In this document: positions 39,233 to 47,078 of the stretch, one piece after another
Position numbering within the stretch: position 1 is the first letter of the stretch
Layout: the number at the start of each line of letters is the position of its first letter
Assembly: GCA_963666515.2 (NCBI GenBank)
Contig: OY762897.2
Coordinates: 4,288,001-4,352,000 of the forward strand
Direction of reading: 5' to 3'
DNA: 64,000 bases
DNA from: Candidatus Binatia bacterium
GTDB taxonomy: Bacteria > Desulfobacterota > Binatia > UBA9968 > JAJDTQ01
Made by a program: the position numbers and the translations under genes
Notes under the pieces: generated by a model
Databases searched by the model: none
Told to the model about the DNA's origin: nothing
Seen by the model: only the letters and a program-made list of their open reading frames with translations

Positions 39233-39487
39233 TTAGCTGCGAAGGCTTTCCAGGGCTTCCTGCCCCGTCCACGTCAGGCTGCCCACTTCGTAGCGCGGGA
39301 ACCGTTCCTCGGCACCGGATACGACCTCCACATCATCGAGGTATCCGGCCTGATCGCACAGCTTGATGTGGTAGCTGATCTCTTCGGGGGTGAACTTCTT
39401 GCAGACAGGGAGCGGCGCGGGCGAGAGCGTGGTTTTCTGTTCGACGTGCTCCAGAATCCAGCGGATCAAGGACATGTTGCGTTCCAT
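39233..39487 (-). CDS. DUF2513-like winged-helix protein
   Basis: MERNMSLIRWILEHVE...ISYHIKLCDQAGYL...LTWTGQEALESLR. Confidence 0.7.
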   Translation of the reverse strand: MERNMSLIRWILEHVEQKTTLSPAPLPVCKKFTPEEISYHIKLCDQAGYLDDVEVVSGAEERFPRYEVGSLTWTGQEALESLRS

Positions 39488-39563
39488 CGGGCTCCCCTTT
39501 TCCTCCCATCCTATCACCCGGAACCCGTTGCTTCCAGTCTCCGCTTTCTGGTAGTGTCGCCCG

Positions 39564-39713
39564 ATGCCTACAAAGCCCGCCAAGAAGCCGAAGCCCGAAC
39601 ACCGCCCGATGCCGGAGGATGCCCGCGACTTGGCGCGGGCGATGTTCCGGGCGGCGGATCGGAAGTTGAAGAAGGAAGGGGCAGCACAGAAGCCCGCTGC
39701 CCAGGGGCGCTAG
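39564..39713 (+). CDS. 49-aa basic peptide near the IS1595 right end
   Basis: Manual translation MPTKPAKKPKPEHRPMPEDARDLARAMFRAADRKLKK...; below the ORF track cutoff. Confidence 0.4.
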   Translation: MPTKPAKKPKPEHRPMPEDARDLARAMFRAADRKLKKEGAAQKPAAQGR

Positions 39714-39860
39714 GTTCGCCCCTCCAGCCTACCGGCGCGAATCGGCGCCGTCAACTATTCTTTATAATTCCCTGTAATTTTGAGGGGACAGGTTGTCGCC
39801 AGATGCTTGTTTCGGCTGACGGACTGCTGTAAGGTATCAAACGGTCAGGAATGGACAGCC

Positions 39861-40163
39861 GTGAGAATCGTCAGCCGGAAAGCGTTGAAGGAATTTTGGG
39901 AGCGGCCCAGCCGTAGCGATGCTGAGGGTCCCCTCCGTTCATGGTACAAGGAAGTGGAGAAGTCCGACTGGGCGACGCCGGCAGACATCAAGGCACAGTT
40001 TCGCTCTGCGAGCTTCCTCGCAAACAACCGGGTGGTGTTCAACATTGCCGGCAACAAGTACCGGCTGATCGTATGGGTAAACTATCCCGCCCGTTTGATG
40101 CTTGTTCGTTTTATTGGCAACCACAGGGAGTATGACGGGATCTCGGACCCATCGAAGATATGA
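39861..40163 (+). CDS. higB: HigB-family mRNA interferase toxin
   Basis: RIVSRKALKEFW, WATPADIK, RVVFNIAGNKYRLI, FIGNHREYD. Confidence 0.9.
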   Translation: MRIVSRKALKEFWERPSRSDAEGPLRSWYKEVEKSDWATPADIKAQFRSASFLANNRVVFNIAGNKYRLIVWVNYPARLMLVRFIGNHREYDGISDPSKI

Positions 40164-40178
40164 AGTACGAGGCAGACT

Positions 40179-40877
40179 ATGGATCTTAGACGGATCAAGA
40201 CCGAAGCGGATCATCGGGCCGCTGTCGCTGAAATTGAAGCGCTGATGGGCGCTGAGCCGGGTAGCGAGGCGTTCGGCCAGCTTGAACGGCTCGCGAAGTT
40301 AGTGGACGCTTACGAGGCCAAAACTCACCCAATAGCGGCACCGGAACCGATTGACGCATTTATCTTCCACCTGGAGCAACTTCGGGACCCTCGCGTCCAG
40401 ATTTCCAACTACCCCAACGTTTCAAGCAAACTGAAGGAGTTGGGCTGCTCGCCGCCCAAGGGCATTGGTATCCTACCCGATCGGTTTGACACCCTTACAT
40501 CCAAGGACGCCTTCGCACGGGTATCTTTGACAGGCCCGGTAGTGAAACTGCTCAAAGAGAACAAGATACCAGTTTCGATAATTAAACGGGAAGGGCAGAC
40601 ACTGCCGACCAGTCGCACTGCCTCGTCCAAATGGGTCGCGCCGACCCTCCTGGTATCTGCTGCGCTCTGGTTGCAGAATCCTGAGGCTGTCTCTCTTGCC
40701 CTTGGCGTAGTCGCCAACTATTTGGCCGACCGATTCAAGGGGACAAAGGCCGAGTTAGATATAGTGCTCCAGGAGGACGGATCAAGGCCGTGCAAGAAAA
40801 TCAGCTACAAAGGACCCGTTGAAGGACTGAAAGAACTGCCTGAAATTATCAAGTCGGCAAGCCGTCCTTCGCGTTGA
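40179..40877 (+). CDS. HigA N-terminal region fused to an unrelated domain (no HTH)
   Basis: IKTEADHRAAVAEIEALM...LVDAYEAKTHPIAAPEPID, then about 165 aa of non-HTH sequence. Confidence 0.7.
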   Translation: MDLRRIKTEADHRAAVAEIEALMGAEPGSEAFGQLERLAKLVDAYEAKTHPIAAPEPIDAFIFHLEQLRDPRVQISNYPNVSSKLKELGCSPPKGIGILPDRFDTLTSKDAFARVSLTGPVVKLLKENKIPVSIIKREGQTLPTSRTASSKWVAPTLLVSAALWLQNPEAVSLALGVVANYLADRFKGTKAELDIVLQEDGSRPCKKISYKGPVEGLKELPEIIKSASRPSR

Positions 40878-40947
40878 CAACCCTGAGCCGCGTGATGGCC
40901 CGCCGGTCCTGACATGGGGTTTTCAAAGAAACCCGCGAACACACGGG

Positions 40948-43122
40948 TCAGTGTCGTAGTTGACCGGCCCGCATGTCCTTCAACATCTCCAGGATGTCAT
41001 CCTCGATAGCCTGGATGTCCGCCTCGATCTCCGCGATGGGCCGGGGCGCCTTGTAGCGGTAGAAGTAGCGGTTGAAGTTGATCTCGTAGCCGACGAGTCC
41101 GACCTTGGCGTCCCGGTGGTCCCGTTTCGACGTGTCGATCCAGGCGTCCGGGACATGGGGCTTGACCTCGTGCTCGAAGAACGCCCGGACGCTGGCGGGC
41201 ACGCCATCGGCGTCCGCGGGGTCCTCTCCCTCCGGGAGCGGCACGCGCTCGGTGTCCCGAAGCTCCGGGTCGGGTTCCGGCCTGCCGTCCGCGTCGCGAC
41301 AGATATCCGCCTTCTCGTCGCGTTCGGCGAGGGCCGTGAGGATTGCCTTCTTCACCGGCGCCGGCAGCTTGATGCCGGCCTTGGTGGTGGCCGTCGTGAG
41401 TGCCGCAAGAAAGGCCTCGCGGTCCTTGCAGATGGTATCGGGCATCCGCTTGAGCATGGTGCGGATGGCTTCCTGCCGCGCGCGGCCCTCGGCCTCCTCC
41501 CTGGCTCCGGCGTCGCCGCGCCTCCTCGATTTCGCCAGGTTCTGAAAGCCCTTCTGCTCGTCCAGACGGGCGATGCGCTCGGGGCTTGCGTGGAAGTTGA
41601 GCCGTAGCGGGCGCTCGACGGTGATCTTGCGGAAGCCGAACCGGGTGGTGGGAAAGATGCGGCTGACGGTCACTTCCTCTTCGTTCCCGTCCTCCGTGCG
41701 CGTGCGTGTCTCGCCGTCCTTGTGACCGGACCGGAGACTCAGCACTTCCGCGGCCATTTCCGGCGGTATCTCGCGCCGCTTGTCGCCGAGGCTCCGGCGC
41801 ATGGGCGACCAGAGGGAAGTGGCGTCGATGAGCTGCACCTTTCCCCGTCGTTCGGGCGTCTTGCGGTTGGTCAGGAGCCACACGTAGGTGGCGATGCCCG
41901 TGTTGTAGAAGAGCTGCTCGGGCAGGGCGATGAGCGCCTCCAGCAGGTCGTTCTCCAGGATGAAGCGCCGGATCTCGCTCTCGCCGCTGCCGGCGTCGCC
42001 GGTAAACAGGGGCGAGCCGTTCATGATGATGGCGATGCGCGCGCCGCCCTGGTCCGGCGGCCTCGCGTGCGCGAGCATGTGCAGCAGGAACAGGGTCTGC
42101 CCGTCGCTGATACGCGGAAGGCCCGGCCCGAAGCGTCCGCCCGGACCGCGCTGGTGCTCCGTCTCGACCGTCTCCTGGTCCCGTTTCCAGTCCTTGCCGT
42201 AAGGCGGGTTGGCGATCAGGTAGTCGAAGGTCTGGCCGGGGTGGCGGTCGTTGGACAGGGTGCTTCCGAAGGCGATGTTCTCGGCGTCGCGGCCCGTCGG
42301 GTCCTTCATGAAGATGTCCGACTTGGACACCGCCCAGGTCTCCGGGTTCACTTCCTGTCCGAAAAGGTGGATGTCGGCCGCGGCGTTGATGGCGGGTCGA
42401 AGCAGGTCCGTCCCGGTCGCGCCGCCGTTTCGCCGCACTCCGACCGTGACGTGTTCCTTGGCGATCATCAGCATGCCGCCGGAGCCGCAGCAGGGGTCGT
42501 ACACGCTGCGGATGGCGCCCGGAGCGGCGATGAGGCTCTCGTCTCCGGCCAGCATGAGGTCCACCATCAGGTGGACGACGTCGCGGGGCGTGAAGTGCTC
42601 GCCGGGGTTCTCGTCCAGCGCCTCGTTGAACCGTCGGATCAACTCCTCGAAGATCGTCCCCATGGTCGGGTTGTCGATCCGGTCCGGGTGCAGGTCCACG
42701 TTCTTGAAGCGCTCCAGCACCTGGAACAGCAGGCCGGCTTCTTCGAGCTTGCTGATGGTGTTGTCGAAGTCGAAGTGCTCCAGCACGCTGCGCATGTTCC
42801 CGCTGAAGCCGGCGATGTAGTTCCGAAGGTTCGCCGCCACCTGCGGCGCGTCGCCCAGCAGCTTGTCGAAGTCGTAGCGCGAGGTGTTGTAGAAGGCGAA
42901 GCCCGATGCCGTGCGCAGCGCCCCGTCGAGGTCGTGCAGCCCGCGCTGGCTCAACTCCGCCTGGCGCCTGAGCACCGCCTCCTTGGTGTCCGCCAGCACG
43001 CAGTCGAGCCGGCGCAGCACCGTCAGCGGCAGGATGACATCCTGGTACTTCCCGCGCTTGAAGCTGTCCCGGATCAGGTCCGCGACGCTCCAGAGAAAGC
43101 TGACGATCTCGCTGTGGTTCAT
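40948..43122 (-). CDS. hsdM: Type I R-M methyltransferase subunit M
   Basis: GEHFTPRDVV, YDPCCGSGGML, ANPPY, LFYNTGIATY, GYEINFNRYFY. Confidence 0.95.
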   Translation of the reverse strand: MNHSEIVSFLWSVADLIRDSFKRGKYQDVILPLTVLRRLDCVLADTKEAVLRRQAELSQRGLHDLDGALRTASGFAFYNTSRYDFDKLLGDAPQVAANLRNYIAGFSGNMRSVLEHFDFDNTISKLEEAGLLFQVLERFKNVDLHPDRIDNPTMGTIFEELIRRFNEALDENPGEHFTPRDVVHLMVDLMLAGDESLIAAPGAIRSVYDPCCGSGGMLMIAKEHVTVGVRRNGGATGTDLLRPAINAAADIHLFGQEVNPETWAVSKSDIFMKDPTGRDAENIAFGSTLSNDRHPGQTFDYLIANPPYGKDWKRDQETVETEHQRGPGGRFGPGLPRISDGQTLFLLHMLAHARPPDQGGARIAIIMNGSPLFTGDAGSGESEIRRFILENDLLEALIALPEQLFYNTGIATYVWLLTNRKTPERRGKVQLIDATSLWSPMRRSLGDKRREIPPEMAAEVLSLRSGHKDGETRTRTEDGNEEEVTVSRIFPTTRFGFRKITVERPLRLNFHASPERIARLDEQKGFQNLAKSRRRGDAGAREEAEGRARQEAIRTMLKRMPDTICKDREAFLAALTTATTKAGIKLPAPVKKAILTALAERDEKADICRDADGRPEPDPELRDTERVPLPEGEDPADADGVPASVRAFFEHEVKPHVPDAWIDTSKRDHRDAKVGLVGYEINFNRYFYRYKAPRPIAEIEADIQAIEDDILEMLKDMRAGQLRH

Positions 43123-43154
43123 GAGGCTACTGACACAAGGGCCGGGGCCAAGGC

Positions 43155-43220
43155 TCAAGCCTCTCGGTCAGCGGCGAATGCCAAGCAGGCGTGGATGTCG
43201 GCACGCTCGAGATCCGCGTC
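43155..43220 (-). pseudogene. C-terminal remnant of a DUF433-like antitoxin
   Basis: Reads DADLERADIHACLAFAADREA*, matching the DUF433 C-terminal pattern; no 5' part present. Confidence 0.5.
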
Positions 43221-43690
43221 TACCCCGCCCGCATCCCCGCCAGCGCGTCTACGATGGCGTCCGCGTCCAGCCCCATCTCCAGGATCTCGATGTTTTCGGC
43301 GTACTGGTCGGGGTCGATGGCGGCTTTCACGTGGGGCTCGAAGACGTGGTAGGCCGGGAGGCCGAGTTCGATGCCGGCGAGGGGTCCGGCGTAGGAGGGG
43401 TCGCCGGTGGTGACGGTCTCGAACTGAACCTGGCTGCTCTCGGTGGTGGGGGCGCCGAGCAGCACGACGATGCCGTCCTTTCCGAATTCTTCCGCGAGTT
43501 CCTTGATTCGACCTTGATCCTCAAGGTCCATGGCCCCAGCGGCTGTTCAGACGAAGCACTGGGTGGCGGCGTACGCGACCTCGCCTCCCAGTCCCGCGAT
43601 GGCCTGCTCGATGACCGGGGCGGGGACGCCGTCCCGCTCTCCCAGGATGATCAGCTTCTTGCCGTTGAGGGTGATGGGTTGTGCGGTCAT
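43220..43690 (-). CDS. grdA: Glycine/sarcosine/betaine reductase selenoprotein A (Sec at codon 48)
   Basis: KKLIILGERDGVPAP...TQCFV-UGA-TAAGAMDLEDQ...GDPSYAGPLAG; in-frame TGA at 43549-43547. Confidence 0.92.
43510..43528 (-). promoter_or_regulatory. Putative bacterial SECIS hairpin
   Basis: GACCUUGA-GGA-UCAAGGUC, stem starting 19 nt after the UGA. Confidence 0.7.
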
Positions 43691-43711
43691 GGGTTTCTCC
43701 TCGCTTTTCGT

Positions 43712-45160
43712 CTATCCCCCGTTCCGTTCGATCAGCACCGACATGCCGTCCGTCAGTTCGGTCATCTGGCCCAGGAACAGGCTGGCGCGGGCCACCAGCA
43801 TGCAGTTCCGAATCGCGCCGGCGGCCATCTCCCGGAGCGCGTGGGGCACGTAGACGAAGCCGGAGGCGATGTGCCCCTGGGTGGGGGCGTAGCCGCATAC
43901 CCCCTTGGCGCGGGCGAAGCTGGCGATGTCGCTCCGGTCGATCTCCTTGGCCATGGCCAGCATGGCGGCCATCATCTTGTAGTTGCGGGCGGCCACGTCG
44001 CCGGCCTTGGCGGACACCGTGATGTCCGGGTTGTGCAGCTCGGTCACCACCCGGTCGAGCCGGTCCACGCCCCATTCTAGCCGCCGCAAGGGCTCCAGGA
44101 CAAGCTCCCGGAACTGCTTGTCGAGGGCGGCCCCGGCCTTGACGGGATGGCGGCCGACGGCCTGCAGGTTCACCGTCGGGCTGCGGCCGTCGTCGCGGCC
44201 GATCCACACGGCCACCGCGGACAGCGCGTCCTCCAGCACCGGGATGCCCTGCTCCAGGTGGTAGAGGGACTTCATGCCGAGCTTGGGGAGCGACCCGCCG
44301 CCCACCACGACGACGTTCTCGAATACGCCGCTCTCCACCAGCGAGGCGCCGATGACCATGGCGGGAATGGGCGCGGCGCAGAAGTCCTTGATGTCGATGC
44401 CGGTGCCGAGGTCGCATCCGGCGAACTCGGTGATGGCCTTGGCCATGTTGCCGCCGCCCCGCTGGTAGCGGTCGCCCACGGCCTCCTCCGAGCAGCTCAG
44501 CACGAGGTCCACGTCGCTCACGCCCAGGCCGTCCACGTGGTCCAGCAACTCGTGCACGGCCAGAGCGCCGGAGACCTTGCAGCAGAGGTTCTCCAGCAGC
44601 ACCGCGGCCGACAGCGCCTCGTCCTCGGAATGGCCCGTTTTCACCACCCCCACGGGCGCGCCCTCGCCGCCGGCGAAGAGCGGCAGGCTGCCGGAGGCTT
44701 CCAGCGCAACGTCGAGCTGCGCGTCGGTGAGCAGTGCCGGCGCCGCCGACGCCAGCGGCGCCGTAAGCGGCGATTCCGCCAGCACGGGCCCCATCTCCTC
44801 CCAGAACCGCTCGCGTAGCAGCACGTGCTTGAACGGATCCGCGCAGGCAAGCAGGGCGAGGAAACGGCGTTCCTCCATGATGTGCCCGAACGGCGCATCG
44901 CCGCCGTCCGCCTCGGCCAGCTTGTCGAACCAGGGCTGCTCCACCTCCCACAGCCGCGCCGGCGACTGGCTGCCGATGAACACCTGGTTGGGCAGGTAGC
45001 GGCAGGCTTCGTCGTAGCCCCACAGGCCACGCGTCAGCTCGGCCAGGAACTCCGGGCGGGCGTTGGCTTCCCGGAACGGCTTCGAGCCGTAGCGGACCAA
45101 AGTCGGAGTGTGCGCGAGGGAGGTGGCCGCGCCCCGGATGACGGGTCGATTCGTCGGCAT
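43712..45160 (-). CDS. grdC: Glycine/sarcosine/betaine reductase component C subunit beta (FabH-like)
   Basis: LAHTP, LLENL, CSEEAVGDRYQRGGGNMAKAI, FCAAP, KLGM, HNPDIT, APTQGHIAS, SLFLGQMTELTDGMS. Confidence 0.88.
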   Translation of the reverse strand: MPTNRPVIRGAATSLAHTPTLVRYGSKPFREANARPEFLAELTRGLWGYDEACRYLPNQVFIGSQSPARLWEVEQPWFDKLAEADGGDAPFGHIMEERRFLALLACADPFKHVLLRERFWEEMGPVLAESPLTAPLASAAPALLTDAQLDVALEASGSLPLFAGGEGAPVGVVKTGHSEDEALSAAVLLENLCCKVSGALAVHELLDHVDGLGVSDVDLVLSCSEEAVGDRYQRGGGNMAKAITEFAGCDLGTGIDIKDFCAAPIPAMVIGASLVESGVFENVVVVGGGSLPKLGMKSLYHLEQGIPVLEDALSAVAVWIGRDDGRSPTVNLQAVGRHPVKAGAALDKQFRELVLEPLRRLEWGVDRLDRVVTELHNPDITVSAKAGDVAARNYKMMAAMLAMAKEIDRSDIASFARAKGVCGYAPTQGHIASGFVYVPHALREMAAGAIRNCMLVARASLFLGQMTELTDGMSVLIERNGG

Positions 45161-45265
45161 GGGAGGGAACTTATAACGTCCGGAAAAGGTGGGCAAGGGC
45201 GCCGGGCGCGCCGTCCGCGGCCTGAATGCCCGTTCGAGTTGCGCAAGACCGGCGAGCCTCAAAGC

Positions 45266-45328
45266 CTGGATACCGGGTCAAGCCCGGTATGACGCGGAGG
45301 AGGATACCGGGTCAAGCCCGGTATGACG
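45266..45328. repeat. Two tandem CGTC-type REP palindromes
   Basis: ggataccgggtcaagcccggtatgacg at 45268 and 45302. Confidence 0.8.
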
Positions 45329-45486
45329 ATTCGGGCATCGGCGACGGTTACGGTGGCACGCCAAACCCCGATTTCCGTTCTCTCGACTCGCCGCGTTCCT
45401 TGTAATAAGATCCGCGAATGCAAATAGGGCCGGTCGCCGGAACCGCCTCACGCGGCACCGGCCAGCCGCACCCGCGGGAGGAAACC

Positions 45487-46932
45487 ATGAACGATTCGAA
45501 ACAGAAGCAGTTCGCCATGGACGCCGTCGAGGAGAACGGGACCAACATCGCCCTCCTCGGCGACAACATCTTCTATTTCGCCGAGCTTGGGATGCAGGAG
45601 TTCCGCACCACCGGGCTCATGACGGAGATACTGGAGCAGGCGGGCTTCGAGATCGAGCGGAACATCTCGGGGATTCCCACGGCGTTCATCGCCACCTACG
45701 GGTCGGGCAAGCCGGTGGTGGCGCTGCACACGGAGTTCGACGCCACGCCCTCCAGCTCGCAGATGCCGGGGGTGGCGGAGCAGAAGCCCATCATCGACGG
45801 CGCGCCGGGGCACACCGAGGGGCACAACGTCAACGCCGCGGTGATGATCGGCGCCGCGGTGGCGGTCAAGAAGACCATGGAGCAGTTCGACATCCAGGGG
45901 ACGCTCCGGGTCTACGGCGCCCCGGCCGAGGAGCAGCTCGTGAGCCGCCCGTATTTCGTGCGAGACGGCTATTTCAAGGACGTGGACGTGGCGCTGCACG
46001 ACCACATCGGCTCCAACCTGGGAACCGTGTACGGCCTGCGGCAGTACGCGCTCATCTCCGCGGAGTTCACCTTCAAGGGCGAGAGCGCCCACGCCGCCAC
46101 CTCGCCCTGGAACGCCCGCGACGCGCTGGACGCCGCGGTGCTCATGGACATCGGCTGGGACAAGCTGCGGGAGCACCTGGAACCCTCCCAGCGTAGCCAC
46201 CGGGTCATCAGCAACGGCGGCGACCAGCCCAACGTCATCCCCAACACCGCCACCATCTGGTGGTTCTTCCGCGAGGCCACCGCGGAGCGCGCCCGCGCCC
46301 TGTTCGAGAAGGCCAAGCGCGTCGCCCAGGGCGCGGCCACCATGACCGACACCTCCTACTCGGTGAACGTGCTGAGCGCGGTGGCGCCCACCCGCTGCAA
46401 CCGCGTGCTGGCCGAGGTGATCCAGCAGAACATCGAGGCCGTGGGCATGCCGCAGTGGAGCGAGGACGAGCAGAAGCTCGTCACCGACGTGCAGTCCAAG
46501 GTCAACGTCAAGGCCACGGGAATGCCCACGCAGGTGGCCCAGCTCCGGGAAGCGGTGCAGTCCGTGTCCGCCAACGACTCCGGCGACGTGTGCTGGGTGG
46601 TGCCGTCCGGCGTGGTGAACTTCCCGTCCAACATACCGGGCATCGCCTACCACCACTGGGGCGCGGGCGTGTCGCTGGCCACCTCCGTGGCCCACAAGGG
46701 CGCGGTGGCCGGGGCCAAGACCATGGCCGCCTCGGCCGTCGACCTCCTGATGGACCCGCAACTGGTGGCGCGCGCCAGGGAGACCTTCAAGGAAGAGATC
46801 GGCGGCGTGGAGTACCGCCCGCTGCTGCCCGACGACCAGCAGCCGCCACTGGAACTGAACCGCGCCATCATGGAGCGCTACCGCTCGGCCATGGAAGCCC
46901 ACTATCCGAAGGAGAAGCCGGCATTCAGCTAA
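45487..46932 (+). CDS. M20 amidohydrolase (AbgB-like)
   Basis: AELGMQEF, GHTEGHN, PAEE, HAATSPW, DALDA, DSGDV. Confidence 0.88.
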   Translation: MNDSKQKQFAMDAVEENGTNIALLGDNIFYFAELGMQEFRTTGLMTEILEQAGFEIERNISGIPTAFIATYGSGKPVVALHTEFDATPSSSQMPGVAEQKPIIDGAPGHTEGHNVNAAVMIGAAVAVKKTMEQFDIQGTLRVYGAPAEEQLVSRPYFVRDGYFKDVDVALHDHIGSNLGTVYGLRQYALISAEFTFKGESAHAATSPWNARDALDAAVLMDIGWDKLREHLEPSQRSHRVISNGGDQPNVIPNTATIWWFFREATAERARALFEKAKRVAQGAATMTDTSYSVNVLSAVAPTRCNRVLAEVIQQNIEAVGMPQWSEDEQKLVTDVQSKVNVKATGMPTQVAQLREAVQSVSANDSGDVCWVVPSGVVNFPSNIPGIAYHHWGAGVSLATSVAHKGAVAGAKTMAASAVDLLMDPQLVARARETFKEEIGGVEYRPLLPDDQQPPLELNRAIMERYRSAMEAHYPKEKPAFS

Positions 46933-47078
46933 AGCTGCCCGCGCGGGCCGGGTCTGTGGCCGGCAACGATCCGTATCCCAGGGAGGAATCCGCATTCGGC
47001 TAACGCGGTCGCGTCCCGTGAACCGAAGGCCGGGCAGGTCGCGAAGCCGGAAAGGAGGACTCCGCATTCAGCTAACGC
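46903..47078 (+). repeat. Three degenerate 25-33 bp direct repeats, 71-72 bp period
   Basis: ggagaagccggcattcagctaaagc (46911), ggaggaatccgcattcggctaacgc (46982), ggaggactccgcattcagctaacgc (47054). Confidence 0.7.

Larger units (their letters stand above)
36476..39772 (+). mobile_element. IS1595-family element with passenger genes (3297 bp)
   Basis: 23-bp TIRs gggaattataaagaatacttgac / gtcaactattctttataattccc (1 mismatch); 8-bp TSD tgtaattt at 36468-36475 and 39773-39780. Confidence 0.92.

Noticed and set aside
20100-43220. Prophage or ICE
   Set aside because: No integrase, structural, conjugation or att features recognised
43220-43531. 103-aa ORF as a complete protein, or grdA as a pseudogene
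   Set aside because: The upstream frame continues the GrdA sequence through a single UGA at the known Sec position, with a SECIS-like hairpin
46903-47078. CRISPR array
   Set aside because: Only three degenerate, non-palindromic repeats, the first inside a CDS, and no cas genes; kept as an unexplained repeat
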